From the sequence record PZ534534.1: 64,000 bases of DNA. One strand, 5' to 3'. Below the pieces are notes generated by a model, which worked only from the letters and a program-made list of their open reading frames with translations, was not told the origin of the DNA and did no database searches. This document shows positions 51,772-60,118 of the stretch, piece after piece. Made by a program: the position numbers and the translations under genes. The stretch comes from a phage. How positions within the stretch are numbered: the stretch's first letter is position 1; every line of letters begins with the position of its first letter.

Positions 51772-52197
51772 ATGATCTATGAAATGCCAAAACTGATTCG
51801 TGACGATGCCCAAAACGCTCACACCATTATTATGGGCAAACGCATGGATATTATTTGTCATAAAGATTTCTGGGAAGGAAGTTACTTCACAGAGTATTTT
51901 GGTAAACTGGACAATGGTCTGCTGATCCAGTTCTACACCGATGCGGAAAACAACATTCCCTGGGAGTTCGAAACTGAAGATGTCCATAAACTTTTCACCT
52001 TCCTCGGTATTAAGGTTAAGGCCAAGTTTGAAGAAGGTGAGTGCGACGATTGTGGATTTTATGAGGTAACAGATTTCTACCTTCCTAGCGGTAAGAACCT
52101 TTACTATGAAAGCCACTTCGGTAACTCCAATATGCCACAGTGCTGGACTGAGTTTTTTGAAATTGCGGAAGAGGAGCTGGCTTACCGTGATTATTGA
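51772..52197 (+). CDS. hypothetical protein
   Basis: 141 aa ORF. Confidence 0.4.
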   Translation: MIYEMPKLIRDDAQNAHTIIMGKRMDIICHKDFWEGSYFTEYFGKLDNGLLIQFYTDAENNIPWEFETEDVHKLFTFLGIKVKAKFEEGECDDCGFYEVTDFYLPSGKNLYYESHFGNSNMPQCWTEFFEIAEEELAYRDY

Positions 52198-52645
52198 TAC
52201 TGTAGAGGGAGATTTAATCTCCCTTTTTAAGAGTGGTGCTGGTCACCTGATCCACGGTTGTAACTGCTTCCACACAATGGGCAAGGGTATAGCAAAACAG
52301 ATTGCCCGTGAGTTTCCTCAAGCACTGTCAGCCGACAAAGAGACTAGATACGGTTGCCTAAGTAAACTGGGTGCGTTCTCCCGATGGGAGCACTTATCTC
52401 CGATAGGTATTGTCTACGGAATCAATCTATATACCCAGTTCTACCCAGGACCTAATGCTGAGTATTTCTCAATCCTGAAAGGCTTTGAGCTAGTCAATGA
52501 AGTATTCAGCGGATCGACTTTACCATTCTACATCCCTAAGATCGGGTGCGGCATAGGCGGTTTGAAGTTGGAACACGTAGAGGACGTTATTAACCTTGCC
52601 ACTTTCGACATAGATATTGTCGTGGTGGAGTACAAAAAGTGTTGA
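52187..52645 (+). CDS. macro domain protein (ADP-ribose binding/processing)
   Basis: GTG start; IIDTVEGDLISLF...GHLIHGCNCFHTMGKGIAKQI fits macro-domain N-terminal and Gly-rich motifs. Confidence 0.5.
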   Translation: MIIDTVEGDLISLFKSGAGHLIHGCNCFHTMGKGIAKQIAREFPQALSADKETRYGCLSKLGAFSRWEHLSPIGIVYGINLYTQFYPGPNAEYFSILKGFELVNEVFSGSTLPFYIPKIGCGIGGLKLEHVEDVINLATFDIDIVVVEYKKC

Positions 52646-52670
52646 CGACCATCTTCTGAGGTGATATAGT
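52642..52670 (+). promoter_or_regulatory. sigma70-like promoter
   Basis: TTGACG-N17-TATAGT overlapping macro gene stop. Confidence 0.45.
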
Positions 52671-52896
52671 TTCCACGACAACTAAGAGAGGAGAGCACTG
52701 TGGAGACTAAAATCTTAATTCTTGCTGTGGTAGATACAACCGAAGGAGCTATATTCGAATCTGCAGGAGGGTATTTCTACCTACCATACGGAAAAAGAAC
52801 TTCCGAGCCAAGTAAAGATTCAATCCTCAAAGTGTTCCCGTGTGCTTTCTGGCTGGAGATTTTGGTATAAGATTGCAGAGGATTTGGGAGAGAATT

Positions 52897-53091
52897 ATGA
52901 GAAACAAGAAAGAACTTTACTCCGGTGAGTGGATCAACGATCAACAGGTGGGAGAGGTAACCTGCTTCCGATGTTTTACCAGGTACAATCTTAAAACTGC
53001 ACCAAAAAGTGTTCCAAAGACTGACGGTTACTACATAAAAGAACCTCATTGCCCAAAATGTAAATGCCGATTGTACTGGAGCAATCTGTAA
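52897..53091 (+). CDS. zinc-ribbon protein
   Basis: ATG 52897 after GGAGAG; CFRC...CPKCKC (two CxxC pairs); 64 aa. Confidence 0.4.
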   Translation: MRNKKELYSGEWINDQQVGEVTCFRCFTRYNLKTAPKSVPKTDGYYIKEPHCPKCKCRLYWSNL

Positions 53092-53095
53092 GAGG

Positions 53096-53123
53096 TTGAC
53101 ATCTGAAAACTGCAGTGTATAAT
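53096..53123 (+). promoter_or_regulatory. sigma70 consensus promoter
   Basis: TTGACA-N16-TATAAT upstream of 53155 gene. Confidence 0.55.
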
Positions 53124-53154
53124 ATACGCATAAACTAACAGAGGGTGATGTATT

Positions 53155-53346
53155 ATGGTAATTTTTAACCGGGATGGTATCATAGTTAGACAGCACCCGT
53201 TCCTTGAATACTATCAAATTGAGCAATGGTGCTACGGGGATTGCAGTCACTCCTATGGGCAAAGTTGGGGATATCGTGCAGTTTTTGAATCCACAGACCT
53301 TGACAAAGTAAGACAGAAAGTTTTAGAACTTATTAACAACAAGTGA
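53155..53346 (+). CDS. hypothetical protein
   Basis: 63 aa ORF with GAGGGTG RBS. Confidence 0.4.
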   Translation: MVIFNRDGIIVRQHPFLEYYQIEQWCYGDCSHSYGQSWGYRAVFESTDLDKVRQKVLELINNK

Positions 53347-53356
53347 GTATCGTGCC

Positions 53357-53689
53357 ATGGTAACATTGGAAAGACGTAAAGCTATCGCCGCCACACTGGC
53401 AGACATCTTTTGGGATTGCAACTTAAAAGATACCCGAAATTGTGGCGCATCTGTAGATGTATTATTCCCACGGCCTACTATTGTTGCAATGGGCAACCTG
53501 CTCGATGTGGTATATGGAGCATGGGACAAGGAAGGTGGATTCTATATCTGGCAACCTGACTACGGGACTTGGAAAGAGGTTAGTGGTTCTTCGGACTTCA
53601 CTCCTGCAGTGGCTAAAATGGATGGCTGGAAAATCTATGTCGGTAACGACATGGAACTGAAAGGCGAAATTGTTTACTGGTTACCTTAA
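53357..53689 (+). CDS. hypothetical protein
   Basis: 110 aa ORF. Confidence 0.4.
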   Translation: MVTLERRKAIAATLADIFWDCNLKDTRNCGASVDVLFPRPTIVAMGNLLDVVYGAWDKEGGFYIWQPDYGTWKEVSGSSDFTPAVAKMDGWKIYVGNDMELKGEIVYWLP

Positions 53690-53710
53690 GAAAGTCCAGG
53701 AGATAAAGTT

Positions 53711-53956
53711 ATGAACAAAGGGTGGACATTTGTAGACGGCGTTAAAAACATGCCTCTAGGAAAGTATATTGTAGCCATGGCAGATGAGAATGGCAAGGTT
53801 GATTTCGGAGTTTGCGAGGTTGTTCTTGCAGGATCTGGTGACTATGCTCACAAAACTGGGATAATTAACGGTCATTTCTACTTTGATTACAACCCTGTTG
53901 TGGCGTATATGGCTATGCCAGAGTTCGAGCTCCCAAAGGAAGGTGCAGATGTTTAA
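53711..53956 (+). CDS. small protein, possible paralog family member
   Basis: 81 aa; GKYIVAMADENGKVDFGVCEV pattern; AGGAGA RBS. Confidence 0.4.
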   Translation: MNKGWTFVDGVKNMPLGKYIVAMADENGKVDFGVCEVVLAGSGDYAHKTGIINGHFYFDYNPVVAYMAMPEFELPKEGADV

Positions 53957-54146
53957 GCTTAAATCTGCATGGAACATCGCTGTGGGGGACGAGATCCGTA
54001 TCCCAGGTGGAAAGACCATTATGAAAATATCTCGTATCGAGTACGAAGGTGATCGTGTATTTCATATCTTTGCAGAAGATGGTCGAGAAATTTATATACA
54101 GGCAGGCTCTCACATCTATATTCGTAAGAAAGGGGAGGACAAATGA
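53949..54146 (+). CDS. hypothetical protein
   Basis: ATG 53949 after AAGGAAGG; 65 aa. Confidence 0.35.
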   Translation: MFKLKSAWNIAVGDEIRIPGGKTIMKISRIEYEGDRVFHIFAEDGREIYIQAGSHIYIRKKGEDK

Positions 54147-54472
54147 CAGAGATCATCATTTCAACTGCAGGGTATGTATTCCTGACAATCATTGCGCTGG
54201 CTATTCTGGTGGCGGTGTATGGATTTGTTATCCTTCCTATTCTTGAGACATTTAGTTTGTGTCGGTGTTGGAGAAAAGCTTACGGTCCACAACCATGGAA
54301 GGACTGGCCCCACCTGGTGCGCTTAGCGTTCTCTTATGCTTACGATCACTCCAGTAGTGCATGCATAACCGGATACCACGCCCACAACTGGAGCTGGGAA
54401 GGGTTGAGGAAATGGAATGTTACAAAGACCATACCTCTGCGCATGTACAAACCTAAAAACAAAGACAACTGA
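54143..54472 (+). CDS. membrane protein
   Basis: N-terminal hydrophobic segment IISTAGYVFLTIIALAILVAVYGFVILPIL; 109 aa. Confidence 0.4.
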   Translation: MTEIIISTAGYVFLTIIALAILVAVYGFVILPILETFSLCRCWRKAYGPQPWKDWPHLVRLAFSYAYDHSSSACITGYHAHNWSWEGLRKWNVTKTIPLRMYKPKNKDN

Positions 54473-54479
54473 TACTTGA

Positions 54480-55000
54480 AAATTCCTGGCATATCAAGTA
54501 TAAGGGGGATTTCTAAAATGGATTTCCTCCTTTTGATATTTCACCGGGCTGGATATTTTAAAATTCTTAGAAAATCAGAAAATGGATCGAAAACTAAAAT
54601 GGATTTTTCAGAGTAGGCGCGACAAGCTGAATAGCTCATCCTATCGTTTGCACCATATTCCAGACCACCATTATAGATTTCCCACACATGCTAACCTCCC
54701 TCTACTAGAACTTCCTCCACTTACCCTTGACCTTCTATGGTAACAATCTAACCACTATCTTGAAGTTGCGGTGCAGCTTTCCAGGTACTCGATCTACTTT
54801 TCATTCCAGGGCTTGGATTTTCTGAAAATTTTTCTCGATAAATTTCTCAGTACTCGATCTGTTTTTCGTTTTCTGAATCGGATTTTCTGGAAATCGTTCC
54901 GGATCTCGACCTGAAATTTTTGGGGACGAAATCTATTTTTCGTTTTCAGAAATGGATTTTTAAAATTTCTATATGGGAATATTTTATGGGGCACTGTTTT
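54480..55000. repeat. AT-rich non-coding region with iteron-like direct repeats
   Basis: AAAATGGATTT at least 4 times; GGATTTTCTGRAAAT twice; about 45-bp unit TACTCGATCT...GGATTTTCTG at 54786 and 54851. Confidence 0.5.
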
Positions 55001-55108
55001 ATAGGAAATTGTTACGGAGGGTAATTAGCATGCTAATTAAATTTATTAAATGCGAGGGATTCTTATTTAGAATTTTGAATGATAATTATTCTCGTTTGCA
55101 GAATAACG

Positions 55109-55146
55109 GGCAGGCCCGGTGATTGTCTCCCGGCCCCTGCTGCCCC
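55109..55146 (+). repeat. GC-rich motif, copy A
   Basis: Contains CCCGGTGATTGTCTCCC inside AT-rich surroundings. Confidence 0.5.
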
Positions 55147-55247
55147 GGCTTGTTATTATAGTATCACACAGGACAAAGAAGGCAAGGATTTTTTGCATAA
55201 ATTTTTAAATGATAATGATAACCGTTCTCATTTTATGAAGCGCCCAT

Positions 55248-55285
55248 CCCCGGTGGTTGTCTCCCCCGTCACCGGTGCCTGCCGT
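55248..55285 (+). repeat. GC-rich motif, copy B
   Basis: CCCCGGTGGTTGTCTCCCCCGTCACCGGTGCCTGCCGT; direct repeat of copy A. Confidence 0.5.
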
Positions 55286-55437
55286 CCTTTCGATAGGTAT
55301 ATTATGCCGCCTGGCGGGGCCGCTGTCAACACTTTTCAAAAAATTTTTCTAACCTGATGCGCTAACCGTTGCAACCTGGCGGGGCCAGCCTGGCAGGTCC
55401 GCACTATAAAGTAAACAGCTACAGAAGAGGTACAAAA

Positions 55438-55614
55438 ATGAAAGGTAATGCTACTCGCCTGGGAAATGTAGTGATTAATGATACGGAAGCTATCGCCCTG
55501 GTTGAAAAGGTTATGGCGGGAGCGTTGGAACATAAAGAAGAGTACGAAAAAAAATGGTGGTTAACCTGGCGGGGGGCGGCAGGTGGATTCTATCATAAAA
55601 ATAATTTAAAATAG
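55438..55614 (+). CDS. small hypothetical protein
   Basis: ATG 55438 after AGAAGAGG; 58 aa; preceded by TATAAAGTAAAC box. Confidence 0.4.
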   Translation: MKGNATRLGNVVINDTEAIALVEKVMAGALEHKEEYEKKWWLTWRGAAGGFYHKNNLK

Positions 55615-55617
55615 TCG

Positions 55618-55645
55618 TTGACAACAAGGTTAATCATGGTATTAT
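55618..55645 (+). promoter_or_regulatory. sigma70-like promoter
   Basis: TTGACA-N16-TATTAT. Confidence 0.5.
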
Positions 55646-55695
55646 TACCCTACAAGGTGAACAACACCGCACTAACCAGTAAAGAGGATAAATTT

Positions 55696-55893
55696 ATGAA
55701 CGCATACGGGATCAAAGTACGTCGCAACACTCGCCAGGTGGTCACCAATCAAGTGATTTGCCGGGTGGATGTAACCATTAACAACGGGCAAGGCCTTTAT
55801 AAATTTCGTCGCGGTCATAGCTATACCCTGCAACAGCTTGATCGTTGCGCCCTGACAAAAGGACAGATCAACCACTGGTTTAATAAAAAATAA
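55696..55893 (+). CDS. small basic hypothetical protein
   Basis: ATG 55696 after AAAGAGGA; 65 aa. Confidence 0.4.
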   Translation: MNAYGIKVRRNTRQVVTNQVICRVDVTINNGQGLYKFRRGHSYTLQQLDRCALTKGQINHWFNKK

Positions 55894-55896
55894 GTA

Positions 55897-55925
55897 TTGA
55901 CATATAGTCCGACACCAAATACACT
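55897..55925 (+). promoter_or_regulatory. sigma70-like promoter
   Basis: TTGACA-N17-TACACT. Confidence 0.45.
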
Positions 55926-55957
55926 AAAAGCACAAAAGACACTAAGAGGATAAAATC

Positions 55958-56356
55958 ATGAAAACCACTACCTTTAATTTTGATAATGCGGACTTTTCTT
56001 TTTCTGATGTCAAGAACTGCCGCCGTGATCGTGGATTTTACAAGGCTTATAATCTGGTGGGCCTGGACGATGACAATAATTTGCACGAAGTAGCTGAGAT
56101 CCGGTATTATGCCGCCGCCAGCGGGAACACTCACTACTGCGTGTTTTGGATTCACGACAACAAGAACAATAAGTACGGTTATACTGGCGGCAAGGCGAGC
56201 GGTCACGGTTACGATAAAGCTAACGCAGCACTTGAGGGCGCATTAAATGCTATGGGGATCACTGCCGACGGCTGGATCTACGAAGAAGAGTTTTTGTCGG
56301 CACTTGCTGACCACCTGGGCTATAAAAAACACATTGTAACATGTGCCCACGAATAA
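55958..56356 (+). CDS. hypothetical protein
   Basis: 132 aa ORF with AGAGGA RBS. Confidence 0.45.
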   Translation: MKTTTFNFDNADFSFSDVKNCRRDRGFYKAYNLVGLDDDNNLHEVAEIRYYAAASGNTHYCVFWIHDNKNNKYGYTGGKASGHGYDKANAALEGALNAMGITADGWIYEEEFLSALADHLGYKKHIVTCAHE

Positions 56357-56363
56357 AAAATTA

Positions 56364-56391
56364 TTGACACGCTGCAAAATTCAAGTAAACT
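56364..56391 (+). promoter_or_regulatory. sigma70-like promoter
   Basis: TTGACA-N16-TAAACT. Confidence 0.4.
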
Positions 56392-56440
56392 ATACACAAA
56401 AGGCGGGAATGTTTCCCGCCAACACAAAGGAAAAAAGATC

Positions 56441-56836
56441 ATGAATAAGAACGTACGCCGCATCATGAACGAACTGGCAAACGATGAAAAAATTATTGAT
56501 ATGCATTTGGTCAACATTTGCCACCGTTGTGTAACATACAACAACCGCGCCGCGAAAGCGCGTGAGATGAACGCAAAAGGCACCTTAAAGCCCTTTCAGG
56601 TGGTTGTAAAATCTATAACTAGCGCAGCAGGCCAGGCGCATGACCACAACAACGAGAGCGCTAATATTGATCCGTCTTACGTAATGAAACGGATCCGGAC
56701 TTGCAAGAATAAAGAGCAGGTGTATAACGTCATAGATTGGCTGGACTCCCTGGGCGATGTGGTTTACAATAGGTTTTCTGCAGCTATTGAGATTCAGTTA
56801 GACAGGTTGGACGGGAAAGTACTGAAAACTTACTGA
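56441..56836 (+). CDS. hypothetical protein
   Basis: 131 aa ORF with AAAGGAAAA RBS. Confidence 0.45.
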   Translation: MNKNVRRIMNELANDEKIIDMHLVNICHRCVTYNNRAAKAREMNAKGTLKPFQVVVKSITSAAGQAHDHNNESANIDPSYVMKRIRTCKNKEQVYNVIDWLDSLGDVVYNRFSAAIEIQLDRLDGKVLKTY

Positions 56837-56837
56837 G

Positions 56838-56883
56838 TTTATTTTTAGATGGCCTTGACTCCAGGGCCATCAATAAAGTAAAC
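56838..56883 (+). promoter_or_regulatory. conserved hairpin plus TAAAGT element, copy 1
   Basis: GATGGCC(56848-54)/GGCCATC(56865-71) stem, loop TTGACTCCAG, then 13 bp to TAAAGT (56874-79); gene starts at 56917. Confidence 0.5.
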
Positions 56884-56916
56884 TAACCACAGTTGAGCGG
56901 AAAGGGGGGCTTAAAG

Positions 56917-57036
56917 ATGAGTACTACACGCCAGCACACAAAGGTAACTATTATCGTTTGCATCATTGGGTACATCCTGGCGCAAATGTTGATGGGTAGC
57001 GCCAACGGTGTCGCAAAATTTTTCTTAAACTTTTAA
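56917..57036 (+). CDS. small membrane peptide
   Basis: 39-aa ORF below track cutoff; AAAGGGGGG RBS; hydrophobic core VTIIVCIIGYILAQMLMG. Confidence 0.35.
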   Translation: MSTTRQHTKVTIIVCIIGYILAQMLMGSANGVAKFFLNF

Positions 57037-57064
57037 TTGACAAGCTAACTTAAATCGATATAAT
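57037..57064 (+). promoter_or_regulatory. sigma70 consensus promoter
   Basis: TTGACA-N16-TATAAT. Confidence 0.55.
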
Positions 57065-57115
57065 AAGCACATAAACGGGAAAACTTCCCAGAATACACAA
57101 AAGGAGAAAAACACC

Positions 57116-57457
57116 ATGACTACTATGACCGCCGCAGAAAAAGCTATGCAGATCGCTGAACTGAAAAAACAGATCGCAGACCTTGAGAATAAGATCGATA
57201 ACTTTGAAATCGACGAGGACAAGTACGACGAAAACTATGATGAATGGTTAGACGAGATCTACGGCGAAATTATGATCGGAAACATTTCTTTTCTTCCGTC
57301 GCGTATCCTCAAGGAGTTAGATCCTATCGCTTACCGCTGCGGATTTAGCGACTACATCGACAGCCTGGATATTGAGGACGATGAAGAATACCAGGAATTG
57401 CAGACAGAGCTGGAAGAAATGAAAGAAGAGCTTTCAGAGCTGGAAGAAAACGAGTAA
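57116..57457 (+). CDS. highly acidic protein (DNA-mimic candidate)
   Basis: 113 aa, strongly Asp/Glu-rich with coiled-coil ends; AAAGGAGAAA RBS. Confidence 0.45.
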   Translation: MTTMTAAEKAMQIAELKKQIADLENKIDNFEIDEDKYDENYDEWLDEIYGEIMIGNISFLPSRILKELDPIAYRCGFSDYIDSLDIEDDEEYQELQTELEEMKEELSELEENE

Positions 57458-57459
57458 AA

Positions 57460-57505
57460 TTTATTTTTAGATGGCCTTGACTCCAGGGCCATCAATAAAG
57501 TAAAC
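57460..57505 (+). promoter_or_regulatory. conserved hairpin plus TAAAGT element, copy 2
   Basis: Same sequence as copy 1; next gene starts at 57545. Confidence 0.5.
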
Positions 57506-57544
57506 TTTACACTGTTAACACTGAACTAATGAGGAGTTAAAACC

Positions 57545-57790
57545 ATGGCAGCACTAATCACAAAATATTATGCGCCCACCAACACCAAAAGCGCCCGTAT
57601 CATGGTAAAAGGCTTCGGACGTAAAAAGGTTTACACCTGGGATTATGCCTTAGACACGGAAGACAACTACACCAACGCGATGACCGATTTTATTAATGAT
57701 CTGAACACGCGGATCTTGACAAATTATAAAATTACCGATATTGCCTATATAGGGGAAGGCGGGATCTGTTTTGTCGGTATCGTCAAATAA
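57545..57790 (+). CDS. hypothetical protein
   Basis: 81 aa ORF with GAGGAG RBS. Confidence 0.45.
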   Translation: MAALITKYYAPTNTKSARIMVKGFGRKKVYTWDYALDTEDNYTNAMTDFINDLNTRILTNYKITDIAYIGEGGICFVGIVK

Positions 57791-57794
57791 GCTG

Positions 57795-57835
57795 TTTTTT
57801 CGGTGGTCCTGGTAGCAGGGCCATCTATAAAGACA
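57795..57835 (+). promoter_or_regulatory. degenerate copy of hairpin element
   Basis: GGTGGTCCTGGTAGCAGGGCCATCTATAAAG retains right arm and TATAAAG box; upstream of 57866 gene. Confidence 0.3.
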
Positions 57836-57865
57836 GTTTATCAACACAATGAAAGGAGAAAGTAC

Positions 57866-58219
57866 ATGATCAGCGGGGCAAGTTTTATTATTGGCGCTAT
57901 TGCTACGGCTTTAATTGTAAACAAGATCCAATCTAAAAACGAAAAAGAGAGCAACGCGCTCACAGAATACCCATTTTGGGTATTCAACGACAATGAAGAC
58001 TACATTATCAAGTACAAGAATGAGAAGGGCGACCAGGTAACACCGCGACCGATCCCGGCTTACAAAATGCAGGAAACACTATACCGCCTAAAGGCTGGGG
58101 GCGCAAAAATTGTAGACTTTTGGGGATACGATCACACAGATCAGGAAGTTATAAAGCGCCGTATCCGGGCTATTCAGGCCAATATTGAAGTTAGCAAGGG
58201 GGGAATATATGAAAATTAA
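57866..58219 (+). CDS. membrane-anchored protein
   Basis: ATG 57866 after AAAGGAG; N-terminal TM segment ISGASFIIGAIATALIV. Confidence 0.45.
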   Translation: MISGASFIIGAIATALIVNKIQSKNEKESNALTEYPFWVFNDNEDYIIKYKNEKGDQVTPRPIPAYKMQETLYRLKAGGAKIVDFWGYDHTDQEVIKRRIRAIQANIEVSKGGIYEN

Positions 58220-58406
58220 TTTCGAGAAAATTGTAAAGCGCCCTCATGATTCCGAAGAGCTGCCAGAACGCCGCCAGCGTAACAATAAACTGAATAAGCC
58301 AAAAAGGTTTGGGAAGATCTGGCGTAATCATTATGATCGTAAATTGCCCGGCCTACTTTTGGAACGTGAACGACAGGCAGAACGATACCGCCATAAAGAC
58401 AAATAA
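58209..58406 (+). CDS. small basic protein
   Basis: ATG 58209 after AAGGGGGG; Arg/Lys-rich; 65 aa. Confidence 0.4.
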   Translation: MKINFEKIVKRPHDSEELPERRQRNNKLNKPKRFGKIWRNHYDRKLPGLLLERERQAERYRHKDK

Positions 58407-58414
58407 CAACCAAC

Positions 58415-58445
58415 GCCCCGCCATTGTGCGGGGCTTTTTATTTCT
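58415..58445 (+). terminator. rho-independent terminator
   Basis: GCCCCGC/GCGGGGC stem followed by TTTTTATTTC. Confidence 0.6.
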
Positions 58446-58564
58446 ATCCTACGAATAGCGCCCCTGGTTGGCCCTGTAAGCGCCAAAAAGGCCCCCACCT
58501 ATGCAATCGCCCCCTTTAACCTGAAAACATCGCCCAAGGCCGTTTTATGGCGTTAAAAATATCA

Positions 58565-58592
58565 TTGACATCGTCAACAGGTTAGCTATACT
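58565..58592 (+). promoter_or_regulatory. sigma70-like promoter
   Basis: TTGACA-N16-TATACT. Confidence 0.5.
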
Positions 58593-58624
58593 AACCACAT
58601 CAAAGAGAGAAAGGAGTAAACGCC

Positions 58625-58885
58625 ATGCGTAAATTAAAAAATTTTGATAAAGTTGATGTTGTCCTGAATAATTTTTACTACTGCAACAACAAGGCTATTT
58701 GGTGGCGTGATAGTTCCACCGATAAAGTCAAGGCGCGCTTTCTCCAGGGGCACTGGCAAGGCCGCCCAGTGATTAAAATCATGGGGCAATTGGTAGCGTT
58801 TAAAAATTGCCGCCGTGTTGATGACGTTGAGGAGATTTTAAACATTTTGCGCCACAATAATTTAAAAAATAGTGTTGACAAGTAA
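58625..58885 (+). CDS. hypothetical protein
   Basis: 86 aa ORF with AAAGGAG RBS. Confidence 0.45.
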   Translation: MRKLKNFDKVDVVLNNFYYCNNKAIWWRDSSTDKVKARFLQGHWQGRPVIKIMGQLVAFKNCRRVDDVEEILNILRHNNLKNSVDK

Positions 58886-58902
58886 ATCTTGATAAGTATA
58901 CT
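58875..58902 (+). promoter_or_regulatory. sigma70-like promoter
   Basis: TTGACA-N16-TATACT overlapping upstream gene stop. Confidence 0.5.
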
Positions 58903-58959
58903 TAAACACGTAAACGGGAAAACTTCCCGCCACTAACAAAGAAAACAGGAGAAAATATC

Positions 58960-59583
58960 ATGACCACCGTTAACATTACCACAGGTTACAATTTATCTTT
59001 CGACGTGCTGACCGACGAACAAAAAGAAAAAGCCATTGAAATGGTACGCGAAAGAGAAGAACACAGCGGGGATGACTTTTTTGCAGAAAGTGTAATTGAA
59101 CACTACAAAGAATATATCTTTCCAGAGTACGGCCTTGAAGATACCGAAGTACATTGGTCCGGCTTTTGGTGCCAGGGTGACGGCGCTTCAATCAGTGCTG
59201 AAAACGTGGATTTAGAAAAATTTTTGCGTAAAGTAAAGGCCCTGACCAAGTTCCGATCAATTCGTCACTTGTTCGGCACAATGCACGATGGCGAGTTATC
59301 AGCCAGTGTTGAACGCGACAAGTACAGCCATTACAGCCATGAAAACACTGTAAGCGGATACATTGATACCACCTGGCTAGATCTGACCGCCAAACAAGAA
59401 AACAAAGTGGAAGACCTGGAAGAGCTGATCACCGAGACGGTACGGGAGCTATCCCGCAAGGTTTACGTAGACCTGGAGGGGGCCTATCTTGAACAATTCA
59501 CTACCGAAAACCTGATCGGCCTTATCGAGGCCAATGATTGGCGGTTTGATGTGGATGAAGATGGCGAGATGACTTTTTCATAA
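58960..59583 (+). CDS. hypothetical acidic protein
   Basis: 207 aa ORF with ACAGGAGA RBS; no family recognised. Confidence 0.45.
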   Translation: MTTVNITTGYNLSFDVLTDEQKEKAIEMVREREEHSGDDFFAESVIEHYKEYIFPEYGLEDTEVHWSGFWCQGDGASISAENVDLEKFLRKVKALTKFRSIRHLFGTMHDGELSASVERDKYSHYSHENTVSGYIDTTWLDLTAKQENKVEDLEELITETVRELSRKVYVDLEGAYLEQFTTENLIGLIEANDWRFDVDEDGEMTFS

Positions 59584-59591
59584 ATAAAGTG

Positions 59592-59619
59592 TTGCAATAA
59601 CCTAAAAACCTGCTATATT
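59592..59619 (+). promoter_or_regulatory. sigma70-like promoter
   Basis: TTGCAA-N16-TATATT. Confidence 0.45.
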
Positions 59620-59673
59620 AAAACTCAAGGGGGCAAGACGTTTGCCCCCACACAAAACAAAGAGGAAAACATC

Positions 59674-60054
59674 ATGAAAAACACTACTAAAGCTATTGAC
59701 ACCGTTATGTTTAACCTGGTTACCTTTCGCGAGGATATGAAAGATCTTCCGCGTGAAACAGTGTGCGACCATATCGAAAACTATCGCAAACTAATCAAAG
59801 AGTTGCCTTTAAAACGTGATCAGTATGCGGCTAACGCCATGCTTAATGCCATGATCAAAAAGATGATCCAGTGTGATTTAACTCTAGCCTATGATTATGC
59901 GGGTGGTCGTTTTGCAGTATACAATCAGCCCGTGCCCGGTATGAGCACCACCGAAGAATTGCACGCGCTCAATCTAAAACAAGACGTGTGGGATAGTATG
60001 CCTCGCGTGGTGGTATGGGTAGAAAGCGGAAAGATTTACGGCGATAATTTTTAA
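59674..60054 (+). CDS. hypothetical protein
   Basis: 126 aa ORF with AAGAGGAAAA RBS. Confidence 0.45.
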   Translation: MKNTTKAIDTVMFNLVTFREDMKDLPRETVCDHIENYRKLIKELPLKRDQYAANAMLNAMIKKMIQCDLTLAYDYAGGRFAVYNQPVPGMSTTEELHALNLKQDVWDSMPRVVVWVESGKIYGDNF

Positions 60055-60063
60055 TCAGGTAAC

Positions 60064-60090
60064 AGGCGGCATATTTGCCGCCTTATTGTT
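60064..60090 (+). terminator. rho-independent terminator
   Basis: AGGCGGC-ATATTT-GCCGCCT hairpin followed by TATTGTT. Confidence 0.45.
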
Positions 60091-60118
60091 AATCAGAACT
60101 GTAAAAGAGGTACATAGA

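Noticed and set aside
52777-53262. 161-aa minus-strand ORF
   Set aside because: Overlaps + strand genes that have RBSs and a consensus promoter at 53096; all neighbours are + strand; judged antisense artefact.
54794-54994. 66-aa minus-strand ORF inside the iteron region
   Set aside because: Lies wholly within AT-rich direct repeats, highly basic low-complexity product, no RBS; almost certainly spurious.
55079-55357. 92-aa + strand ORF across the GC-rich motif copies A and B
   Set aside because: No RBS, spans repeated non-coding motifs, composition (Pro/Gly/Ala-rich) looks like an artefact of GC-rich DNA; treated as non-coding.
56855-56879. Hairpin element as an ordinary sigma70 promoter (TTGACT as -35, TAAAGT as -10)
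   Set aside because: The spacer is 13 bp, outside the 16-18 bp sigma70 window; kept as a non-canonical regulatory element.
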